Shown here piece after piece: positions 38,395 to 49,512 of a stretch of 64,000 nt of DNA (within the stretch, counting starts at the first letter, position 1; the number at the start of each line of letters is the position of its first letter). This DNA is from Raillietiella orientalis (lineage: Eukaryota). The stretch covers positions 1,426,001 to 1,490,000 of the forward strand of contig JAYWIR010000013.1 of the NCBI GenBank assembly GCA_036172245.1. The letters run 5' to 3'. The translations under genes were made by a program, and so were the position numbers. A model generated the notes under the pieces. The model had not been told where the DNA came from, made no database searches, and saw only the letters and a list, made by a program, of their open reading frames with translations.

Positions 38395-41300
38395 TCATCT
38401 GCAGGGGGGCGGGGCAGGGTTGAGGATGATTTCCATCCAGCAGGGACAGCTGAGCACGTCGCGGCGCGTGTAGTTGGGTCCCCAACCCTTGGCAAAGGAG
38501 ACGCGCACCGAGTTGTAATTGCGAGGTCCATCGAAGTCGCGGGTCTGGAGCGTCGGCGAGGGCCAGGGCCTCCGGCCGGCGTGCCCGGCGTGGTGGTAGT
38601 CGTGGATCTTGATCGAGTAGCCCGGGAAGAGCTTGTAGACAGAAGTGCGCTCAGGGGGCCTGTTGAGGGCCGGGGAGTTGACGAAGAGATTGGCCTGGGA
38701 CCGGTTGTACAGCCACACGCCGTCCTCCTCGCGGCTGATGGTGAACCCTGCGGGCGAGCGAGAGCGGCAGTAAGGGTGGCTGCTGTGGACGGACGCGCCT
38801 CACCTTGTCCGATCTTCTTGCGGACGCGCAGGACACGCCTGTCGCCGGCACCGCCGCGGGCCGCTGCCAGGGTCGCCAGGCACATGCCTTCCTCCTGCTG
38901 CACGCCGGAGAACACGTGATACCAGTCCCTATGGACGGCCACCAGCCTGCCCACGCGGCAGCTGCCTTCCCAGTACGCCAGCTGGCACCACGGTAGGGGA
39001 CCTGGGGGGAGAAAGTGAGGAGAAAGAGGGGGTTCTCTGCGCGGGGAAGAAAAGTCGTCGTCCCCCCCTCCCTCCTCCTGCCACGTGGCGCGCAGGTCAC
39101 GCGCTCGGCTTGGAATGGTGCGCGGGCAGCGTTCCCTCGCAGCGGTACGTGGCAGCGCGCCGTGCGTGTGCCGTCTTCGGGGGGGGGGGGGGAGCGTGGC
39201 TGGCACCTGCCTGCCTGCACACTGCTCGCCCCTACGGGCACGAGAGGAGGAGATTGAAAGGCTCTGACGGCCGCCTGGGGCGGACAAGGTGGACGCAGGG
39301 ACTCGGCTCTCTTCTCTCCGGCGGGGAACCGCTTCCGTGAATGCCATCCCGATGTTCCACGTCACTTCCCATGCACCCTTCCCGCAAATTCGCTAACGGA
39401 GAGGTGGAGGAGGTGAGGAAGCGTCAAAAGCGGCAGCGCGCCCACGTTTCCTACACTGGCTTGGTTTTGCGGGATGCCGCGCGAGAGCGTTGCTGCCGCT
39501 GCCACGCGATCGGGTCGGCGCCCGCCGGTCCTGCGTCCAAGAGGGCGTCCGGCGCCACAGTGAGAGCGTGGCCTCCTCCTCGCCGGACGGACGCCGAGGA
39601 GATTCCCTTGGATGGCGCCGTCTCCTTTCCGCGACGGGTCGCGCGGGCGGCGGCGGCGGCACGACCCGTCGCGTCCCCCCGGCTCCTTCTTTTTTTGCTT
39701 GTTTGTTTGTTTGTCTTTTTTTCGTTCCTTTATCGTCGCCGTGGTCGTCCGCAGCGGCGGCAGGAGGGCGCCAGCGGTTGTGATCCTTCGAGCGAGCATC
39801 GCCATGGAATTCTCCTGTCGCTACGATAAGCCAACGTAGCGACCGTTGCGAGGAAAAAAACAGAAAAGGAAAGATTCCCTGGGAGAGGTGCCCGCGATCG
39901 TTCCTCCTTTCCTTTTCAAGCGTCGGGAGATGAGCGCCACCGAGGTCTACTCCGCTGCAAAGGGCGGTCTGTCGCCTCCAACAATTGGTTCACGGGTACC
40001 CAGCTCTCCGCCCAACGTCAATTCCCCCCCCCCACTCCCTCTCCGCAACCTCTCCGAAGCGTTGAAGCCGCCGCACGCAGCCTGCTGGCCGCGTGTAGCG
40101 GAGGACGCGCCGTGCCGAGCCGGCCGCCCGTCGCGGGCTCGTCCTTGGCCGGCGCCACCCTTTCCGGGCAGGTGCGGCACCGCCGCCCCGATCACCAATG
40201 AACCGGATACGCGCGGGTGCACGCACGCGAGCGCGGGGCAGCGGGCGGTGAAGGTGCGGCGGGGAGGGCCAGGCATTGGAGGTGGCCGACAGGACGACGG
40301 GTGCGCAGCGCGGCGGCGCAGGTGGCGGACCACCACCTCCTCTTTCGTACCGATGCCAGCAGGAGTGGTCAGAGCAGTCCAGCCCGATCGCAGGAGCTGC
40401 AGTCGAACAGCACGGAACCAGGTCGGTGCACATCGCTGAGATGTTCTGCCGAGCTCCCCACAAAATCACCATACTGCGCTCGCGCAAGATGGTGGGGAGT
40501 GCCCCGGAGGGAAGGAAAGAAGAGTCCGGAAATGCCGACAAGTGCGGAGGTGGGGAGGAGGGAGGGCTGAGCCACTACTACCCCGCGCTAGGAGAGGTTC
40601 CCAATGGCCTACGCCAGGAGTCTGCCGGTTTCTACGACTCGCCCCCCTCCCTCACACCTTCCTACCTACCTACCACCCCATTTTTCTTTTCCTAGTCCGT
40701 GGCGAGGAGGCAGGTGATGTGGTGCTTTCCCCTCCCCTCCGCGTCCGTCGCGACTCTATCCCGAAGATCAAGGGACCGGACTTGCTGCCGCCTGTGATGC
40801 CCTGCAGCGCGAAATGGGTCGGATGCGCGCGCACGCGCGGTAGCTGCTGAGGCTCGGATCAACGCTGTGCCCGCAGGCGGAGCAGCGATGGCGCGCGCGC
40901 GAGGGAGGAGGAGGGGACACCACTTCGATTTTCGTCCCGGGTGCGCCACTCCGAACTTTGAAAGAATGATCGAACATCGGGAAAAGAGGAGGAGGAGGAG
41001 GAGGAGGGAGCACAGGCGCAAAGCGTGGAGACACCGCCGGACGGAGATCCGTGACTTCGGCGACGTGAACCTGGGCTAGGAGGGGTCGACGTGTTCCGCC
41101 GCCGCCGCCGCCGTCGCCGTCTCCGCGGCAACTTCGCGGGAGGGAGGGAGCGAAGGAAGGAGGAGGAGAGAACAAACGCTCTCCCGAGACCGCGTTCCGG
41201 TTTCGATAGCTCCCTACGACACCGGAACCGGAAAATGCACAGATTCTTTCGCTCCCTAGGCGCGCAAACGCCCCGCACAGGGGCGTGCAAACACACCAGC

Positions 41301-42213
41301 GGCGGCGGCTGCAGGACCGGCACGGATCGATGACAGAGGCTGCCCTGCCAACGGAGCTCACGAAGTTTCCACTGCAGGCCAAAAAATGAAAAAAAGGTGA
41401 CTGGCCTTCCTGGCCGATCACCACCCCCGTGGCGTCCAGGATCCTTCTCGACCCCTTCCCTCTCTCCCCTGCCTTCCGAAAACATGGACGTGAGTTTTCG
41501 GCGCACGCACGCACGCATTCCTCATCCTTTGCGAGCACAGAGAGTCGCGGGAATGGCACGCCGGAGGGGTTCTCCTCAACAGCCGCGTCTCGACCCCAGC
41601 AGAGTAAGCCTGGCACGCGCGCGTTCCACGCTCCTCGCCGAAAAGAAAGACAAGAAAAGAGGAGGAGGAGGAGGAGAGAGAAAGAAAGAAAGTAAACTCT
41701 CAATTCCTAGTGCTTCCGTGCGTAAGGGAAGAGGCGGGGCGGGTGTGGAAAGGCGGGGGAGGAGGAGGAAAGGGAAGAAGAGGGAGGTTTTTCCAGGTGG
41801 AGAGGGAAGGGGGAGGAAGCATCACCTCCCACACCATTTGTACAGTACCATCGAGGAAGCCAGGGGGAAGAGGGGTGGAGCGCGAGAACCCGAGCGACAC
41901 CGCACGAACGTGAGGGGGACGCGGTAGATTCCTCACGCTTACACCTTTCCCCCCTCCCCCCCCCGGCTCCTCCAGGCACCGCCGCCACTCAGTCATGTCG
42001 CGCGCATGCGGGGTGAAATGCGGAGACGTGCAGCTGCTGACGATCTTGATTCCCGCGCGGCCGCTGAGCGCCGCGGACCCGTCTCGGCTGCGAGATGCCC
42101 CACGAAAGCGAAAGCGTCGGGGAAAATCACGAAACTTTCCAACATGACGAAACGCCTCCAAGGGATCACGAAGCGACCGCGGCAGCAGGGGCCCCCTTCC
42201 CCCCCCTCCCCCT

Positions 42214-42249
<36 letters not shown>

Positions 42250-45200
42250 GAAGACGCGCCCCTCGCCGAGAGAGCGCAGCCACATCGCTCTCGCCTCGCG
42301 TTAATCCCCTCGGCAAATCTACTGCTTGGGATTCTGAAAATCGTTGCCGCGCACGGCGCCATGACCGTTCGCAAGACTCGAAATGCGTCAAGGTCGCGCC
42401 GACGTCGCTCCTACGAAAATGCAAAACGCGCGCGCGCGCGCGCAGATGAGTGGCCGGGGCCACCACTCGCGCCACGCAGCAGTCGGATAGGGGGGTTGTG
42501 GGGGGGGGGGGAGGAACTTACCAGTCAAGCATTGGTTGGTTCCACCGGTAGTGAGTGATTCTCCACGAAAGTCACCTGAAATGCAAAGCAGAGAGTCACC
42601 ACGGCGCCTCGCGCGCAGCACGGGAGGGCTGGAGGGAAAACGGACAGGTTCAGGACGCGTGCCGCGCAGTTGGCGATTCCTACGCTCGACGCACGTAGGC
42701 TGCGACGCGTCGCCTGGAAACCCAACGTGGCGGCGGCACGCTCGCTTGGAAAGCGCTCAAGCAACGCCTGGCCGCCGGACAGGCGACACGCTTCGTACAC
42801 GGCAGCAGCAGCCATCCCCGTTTCGTGTTTCGAGATGCACGTCCGCCGTAGTGGTGGTGGCGGCGGCGGCGGGACGGTCCCCTCCCCCACGACCACCACC
42901 GCCACCGCGGAATCAAGTTGGTTGCTTATGCCACATCACCAGCGAAAGAACTGCATAGCCGCTCCGCAACCGAAACACGTTTGGCGAATGCTACACGAAT
43001 GGAACGGAGCTGCATCCCGCCGAATCCCTGGGTCCGGTCTCCTTTTTCTCTTCCTTTTTTTCTTTTCCCCTCCCTCTCTTTCTCTCGTTCCCTTTCATTG
43101 TGGATGTTCGAGCAGGCAAATCTGAATTTTTTTCTTTTTTCCGTCGCCATTTCAAAGCCTTTCGGTGCTCCCCACAATTACCGTCCGCGAAATGATTAAA
43201 GGCTGTTCCGTTCCTCGATGTCTCTTTGAATTGCTGGTATTTGTCTTGGGCACGAATGCGGCGCTCTTCTTTTTCAATGTTGTGTTATTATACACACAGA
43301 CAAAAAAAAAGTTTTTCTTTCCTCCGAGAAGCGGACTGCACAACGGAAAGCTGCTGCTCCTGCTCTTAGGAACATTATGCAGGCACGGCTACTTCAAGAG
43401 ATCCCCTGTTTTTTGAGGGTAATCGTGCAAGCAGTTCGAAACGACGTGCAGAACTACTGCGAGAACACGGAGCGGGTCGCACGAAAGAAGCGCTTTTTTG
43501 TCAAAGACCGGAAGAGTGCCGGTGCTGTCGAGGTTCCACCTCACACAGGCCAGCCATTCCCGCACCACCACACGCACATCTCGAAACGAAAACATCGAAA
43601 GGGCGACACACGAGAGAGGAATCCTTAACAACCCAGAAATTCCTCCACTCCGTAGAGGAGCCACTTCTGGAAACCACAATTCTGCTTCTTGAACCCTCAC
43701 AGTCCGAGATCGCAGCACGATGCTGGGCTGCATGGTTGGCTGTTTCGAAAGTTTCGTGAGGGGAAACGGGGGACGGAGAGAAGGGGGTAAGAGAAGGGAC
43801 CCTTAAGCTGGCTTGGGTGACAGTACCTTCCTGCATCTTGCATAACAAGTATCCGAGGGTCTCTAACCTTCGTTACGCAATGCCCTTGGTAGAACGAGGA
43901 TCTATGAGGAAGAACGTCACGCAACGCTCCGGAACCAGCATTCCAAAAGTTTCCATGCGGCAGCAATTCCAAGCAAGCCGCTTCCGGAAGAGTGCCGCTG
44001 CGCGCACAGCATCCGATGCGACCGGTGCCGGAGAATCTGCGAGGAGGACCTGCTGCCCTCTCGCCGGTAGCGGACCCGTCAGGTCTGCACGAAGGAAGTG
44101 AAGCGCAAAGGAAACGAAACCTGACCTGCAACCAAAGAACCCGGATGCAATCAAACGATAAGACGATCAAAGAAACGTGGCACTTCTTCTCGACCAAGCT
44201 TTGGTAACACGTACACTCTACGAAAGAGAAAGTGATACCAAAACGCGGCCGTCGAGGACCGATTCCGAAAGCAGCAGCAGCTTTTGCGCGTCCCCCGCGA
44301 ATGGCAGAGGCACTTTTGTTTCCTTTCGGAGAAAAAGGAGGCATTTGGAAGATGTGTGTGTGTGTGTTTTGGTTCCCCCTCTCCTCCCCCTCCTGCGAAT
44401 GAATGGCAGACGTTAAAACACACTGCGAATTTCCGCTAAATAAACAAGCGCTTTTTACGGCGATGCCATAAAGCATGTTGTAATTTAAATGAAGCGCTTT
44501 GTGCAACAGCGAGTCGGAAGCAGCGGACAGCGCAATTAGCGCATAAACTTCCGATTACGTGTTGCATCGCAAAACGAAATGATTAACCAAAGAAACCGTA
44601 AGAGCCGCATAAAAGGTAACCATATCCTGTGATAGTGGTACAGAACCAGCCAGAGATGAGGGAGCGTCTTCTACTTGATGATCCATCAGGATTCCGCTCA
44701 CTTCTCAACACCGGCGGAAGCCGCCGGCCTCTGTAACAATTCTCGCGTCAAGCGGCGAAGAGTAAGCGACCTTTATCCAGCATTCACAGATGCGAGCCGG
44801 AAGACGGCAATGATGACCGATGGCAGATTTCCCATGCATTCCCCCCCTCCCCCTCCTCCTCCCAGAACACAGCACAGTTGACGAAACCCCCGGCAATTCT
44901 TTGTCGCTGCTTCCTCTGGACAAGGGCCGCCAGCCGCAGAACGCGTACACTGCCCCACCACAGCAAACACGTGCTCGTGTGTGTGGCGTGCAGCCCGGTG
45001 TGTGTAAATTCGTTGCTCGCAAGGAGGGCCGGCTCAAAGGCAGCCGTCCCCGACGACGAAGATGCCTGCGCGAACGGCGTCACAACTCCCTAATGGTCAG
45101 TAAGGGAAAAGAAGGGGGAGGGGGAGGGAAGGAAATGGCTTCTTCTTCGAGGCTTGGGAAACTCTTCATGCGGAGGCAGCAACCTGCTCTTGTGAATCTT

Positions 45201-47336
45201 GCATCCAGCACCTCGGACAACGAATGAAGTAAGGAAGGGGAGGGGGAGGGGGAAATGCAACCAAAATGTCCCTAGGAAGGAAGGATACCGGGACCCAAAC
45301 CTCTTGGACAGGGGACCGATTTGATGCAACGGGTAAGAGGGAAATGGCGACACACCGTTCACGAATCCACAGAGATGGGATCTCCAGGGATGTCACAGAT
45401 CTTGCAGGACCCAGGCCGCGCTGCAGCAGCATGTGCAGGAGATGCATTCTTCACAGGGGTACTGGGAGAAAAACACGTGAGAAGGATCTCCGCGTGAGAC
45501 CTCGGGACGAAGCAGCGACCACGTGACCCGCGCATTAACAGGAGCACTGGGGAGCGGAAAGTGGTCGCGCGCCGCTCGGTGCACGCACCGACCCTGCAAC
45601 GGGGAAGGGAAACCGCAACACTTCTCCCCCCGTGGTACGAGAGTCCCCATCGCCGCCCAGTGCGTTCCGGAAAGCATCGAGTAGGCACACAGACGAGTTT
45701 TTTTTTCGGGGATCGTGCTGTTTATGTTTTGGTTGTTTAGAAAGCATTCATAAACACATCTCGGATACCAGAGATGGCGTGCCAACACCCGCGCGCGTGC
45801 GTGGTGCGCAAACCACGGAAATTCCGTTCCATCCTATTGGTGTACGTCTCAATAGTCGAAGGATGCAAGTCTCTCCGTTTCGGGGAATTGGCCGTTCTTA
45901 ACTCGTAAAGAAAGCGCACGCCGATGCCGAATGATGATAACGAATAAAGTTAACCACATGGAACAACGTTACCAGATGCACTGTTATTCGCCAGAGAGAG
46001 AGCGAGAAAGGAAAGAAAAGGAAGGGGGGAAAAAGAAAGAAAAACTCCGAAAACACTTGGGTGCCTTGGCTGTTTCCATGGCAAAACACGTGAAAGGGGA
46101 AGCACACATGAGGCACTCGAGATACTTCCACACGACATGTTCAATGAACACCAAATACTTCAACACTGAAATCAGCTTGCCTTGCTTACTTTGCTTTGAA
46201 GCTATGTCCTTGACATCAGCTGACTCTTCGATCACATTCGGAGGTTCTGGAAAGGAAAAAACGAAAAACAATCGTCATCAAGAGGCATCACTCATTGGAA
46301 GGCATTTAAAACACACTCACACACGGCAATGAATTCCCCCCCGTACACGTGCACGTTTCCCGGGCAGATGAAAGATTTCGTGAATTGTGTGAAGATCGAC
46401 CCTTTACAGCAAATAACGAACGCGGGCCCTGCGGCTCTGCCCCATCAGCTGCTGCGAGATTTACTCGGTGCTGCATCTCGCAGGCAAATGTAATCTTTCG
46501 TGCAAACCGACCGACCGAGTTTTTCCGAACACGTACGCTACGGTGTACAGAAACGTGTTGGGGCTCCTGCATTCGCAGAATTCCTGTGCAACCACATGGG
46601 CAAGCAAATGAAATGGAGAATTAGCCAAGATGCGCAATTCAGAAGGGAAGAACGGAAAAAAAAAAAAAAAAAAAAGGAAAAAAAAAAAAAAAAAAAAAAA
46701 ACGGAACGCACGTGTGTGTACTCGGAAAGGTTTCTGCGCGTAAAACTCGAAACCATCACAGCCCCTAACCGCGTGTATTACATGAACTCGTGCTCAGAAA
46801 AATGCTCTCACCTTTTAATATGAACGTACGAATGTCATATTATTCATGCAAGGCATATGGTATTTCTGACAAGCTGTCGCAGAGCAGAGACGTGATTACT
46901 AGATAGGCGCCAGACTAAAGTGAAAACCTACTTATCAGACGCCATGGTCGGCAATTAGCCAGGGCACGTAGACGTCAGCGCACTCACCTGTATGGTATAT
47001 CCTGCTCCAGTGGTAAGGGTTCACGCAAGGATAGACACCACTTGCACACCAGCTCAGTTTTTTGAGGTTCTGCTCGGCGATCAGGTCCGGCCACCGCCAC
47101 ACTTTGCAAAAGAGCACGTTCAGAGGGGTATCGTTCAGGGATGCGCCGCTGTGCATCAGCACACATTCGGTCATTTTAGCACCACGCAACTCGACGATCT
47201 TCAGGAACAGCTCTAGCTGGTCGTCGTTCAACTGTCTGAGAAGAGCGCGCCCCCACATCCGCAGCGAATCATTGTCTCTAGGTAGGGCCTTCCATGAGCG
47301 CTCAATCAGATCTTTACGTCGGCTACGTGGAAACAT
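38395..47336 (-). CDS. SMAD6/7: Inhibitory Smad (Smad6/Smad7/Dad-like)
   Basis: Exons 47336-46988, 46246-46190, 42575-42522, 39001-38804 and 38747-38395 total 1011 nt (336 aa). N-terminus MFPRSRRKDLIERSW; MH1 CKVWRWPDL...CVNPYHWSR; linker ESLTTGGTN; MH2 WCQLAYWE...RVGR...VRVSFAKGWGPNYTR..SCPCWMEI. There is no C-terminal SSxS. An in-frame upstream ATG lies at 47360. The two short linker exons are inferred from splice sites and phase. Confidence 0.92.
42217..42248. repeat. (AC)16 microsatellite in an I-Smad intron
   Basis: Perfect AC dinucleotide run. Confidence 0.95.
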
Positions 47337-47527
47337 GAAACAGGCGATAAGTCGCAACATGAAGTAAACACCGACGACAACGGCTCGCTCATGACAATCC
47401 CAATGTCAACAGCAAGCTGCAGCGGAGGTGAGAATATCCAGTGTCGGCTACTTCTCGAGAATGTCATCATCATCAACACAACATATAACCAGCAGCATAT
47501 CCTCGACGTCGACGTGGTTTTCCGAAA

Positions 47528-47594
47528 GGGGGGGGGGAGGGGGCGGGCGGGGGGAGGGGGGAGGGAGGGAGGGAGGGAGGGAGGGCGGGGGGGG
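47528..47594 (+). repeat. G-run/(GGGA)n tract upstream of the I-Smad ATG
   Basis: More than ten GGG tracts with 1-nt spacers. Confidence 0.85.
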
Positions 47595-48016
47595 CCGGAG
47601 CCGCGATCACAAACGCATGTGTTGGCTCCGCGTCTTGGCGATGGCACTCGCGTCGTCCGATTCGGAATAAGGCACGATTATTACTATATCGCTCCAAAGG
47701 GCACTGCACGCCATCGAAGGGAGCTGGGCTGTTGTTTGCAGAATTCGGGATTTCCCACTCGGCTAAATCATCACATCAAAAAGCCAGCGAGCAACAGGTT
47801 TACAGCATACGCAGCAGAAACGTAACGATTGACAGCCACAACTGTACTAAACGCTTTCTGCCATGCGTGATGGGCACACACACTCGTTTCGCTGGGGATG
47901 AGAAATAGAATATTCCCGCAGGGGTGAAAAGAAGAATGCGTCCGAATGGCGCGTTTTGGAGACGGTGGGGTGAATGCTAAATCAAACGTGCAGCTGCTAC
48001 GTTTTTATCTACATTG

Positions 48017-48026
48017 CCTTCCTTTT

Positions 48027-48058
<32 letters not shown>

Positions 48059-48148
48059 TTTTTTTTCTCCTTTCCTTTTTTTTCTTTTTTGTTTCCTTCT
48101 TCCTCCTCTTCTTCTCCTGTTTTTTTTCTTTTTCTTTCTTTCTTTCTT

Positions 48149-48179
<31 letters not shown>

Positions 48180-48300
48180 TTTCTCTTTCCGTCCTCTCTT
48201 TTTCTTTCTGAATAATACTATTAGCTTTTTTTTTTTTTTCTTCTTTTTTCCCCCCCCCCTTCGACTCAAAGGCTTTTTTTTTTTTTTTTTTTTTTTCCTC
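48017..48300 (+). repeat. Long polypyrimidine low-complexity tract (poly-T, TC repeats)
   Basis: ~280 nt almost entirely T/C, including a (TC)n run around 48150-48180. Confidence 0.9.
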
Positions 48301-49452
48301 AAGCTGAAGAACCACATGAAACGCGAAAAATCCCCGCAGCGTGTGGACCTGGAGCAGATTCGCAAGTACCGCACGGGTAGACCCTTCCGCGGACAACAAT
48401 GGACTTTCCAGCGCGCGCCGTGTACACAGCTTGCCGCGCTGCTGCGCGAGCGGCAACCATCCAGGTCGAACGGGAAGCTCTGGAGCGGCGAAAAGGACAC
48501 AGGATGAAGGGGGAGGAGGAGGAGGGGAGAAGAAGAAGAAGAAGGAACAAAAAAAAAAAAAGTGATAAAAAAAGTGAAAACGTTTGTGCGTGCCTTGGGT
48601 GCGAACGAGTGGGGTAAGGGATGCACTCGGAAACGAACTTTTCGTTTCGAGCGAAGCTTTCATCGGTTTTCTCTTCCCTCTCCTCCCTTTTTCATCCCCT
48701 CCTGGTACTGTTCAATTCCTACCGAAACTCTCCCGTTCGGAGACCACACACGGTCACGTAGTACGCTGATCAAATAAATGTGGCTGAACTTGTGTGGTTT
48801 ATAAATAGATTCGAGTGGAATTCGAGAAAACAGAAGGCAAAGGCACAAACGGCTGTGGAGTCGCGCGGTGTTGCACGGGAAACCGGCGCCGTTTCGAATT
48901 TGCTAGATCGTTGCTGGTGGCAACGCGTCGTTCCCAAGATCGGTTACCGTGGCTCTCCTGTAATTTTCGTGGTCGAGCGCACCGCTGCTAAAAGAGGTTG
49001 ATGTGGAGCGGGGAGGGGGAAATGAAGCAGGGGAACGGGTATGTATGTATGTACTGGAATTGTATACACAGAATACTGCGAAAAATCAAAACAAGGGAGG
49101 AGTGCGCAAAGGCCGATGTCGCCGCTCCTACTGCCCACGGTGGTGGTGGTGCAGTCGGTTGGGCTGGTCCTGGCGATTGCGTTCAGAACGCTTTCTCGAG
49201 ATCGCGAGCGCGCTTCCCCCCCCCCCCCTCGACGATGGATCCGCTCGGAACTGATGTGTACCGGCACTACATCTCTCCGAAGAGGTTTTGCGATTCGTGT
49301 TGTCACTGCGAACCGGCGCTCGCGGGTTTTTGCGATTCGCTCGCATTGGAATGGTCTCTGGCTGGTTGCGAAACGCTCGCCGGTGGAATCCCGCGCGTAC
49401 ACAAATGCGCGCGCACACTCCGTGTACAGAGGCGCGACTGTACGTTGCGAGT

Positions 49453-49512
49453 GCTGCTGCTGCTGCTCCGCTGCCGCTGCCGCCGCCGCCGCCGCCGCCG
49501 CCGCCGTCGCCG
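49453..49512 (+). repeat. (TGC)n/(GCC)n trinucleotide repeat
   Basis: A tgctgctgc... run followed by a gccgccgcc... run. Confidence 0.85.

Noticed and set aside
45215..45262. Minus-strand PPPPPLPY peptide as the missing I-Smad PY exon
   Set aside because: It derives from a G-run, is not PPxY, and lacks convincing flanking splice sites in the right phase.
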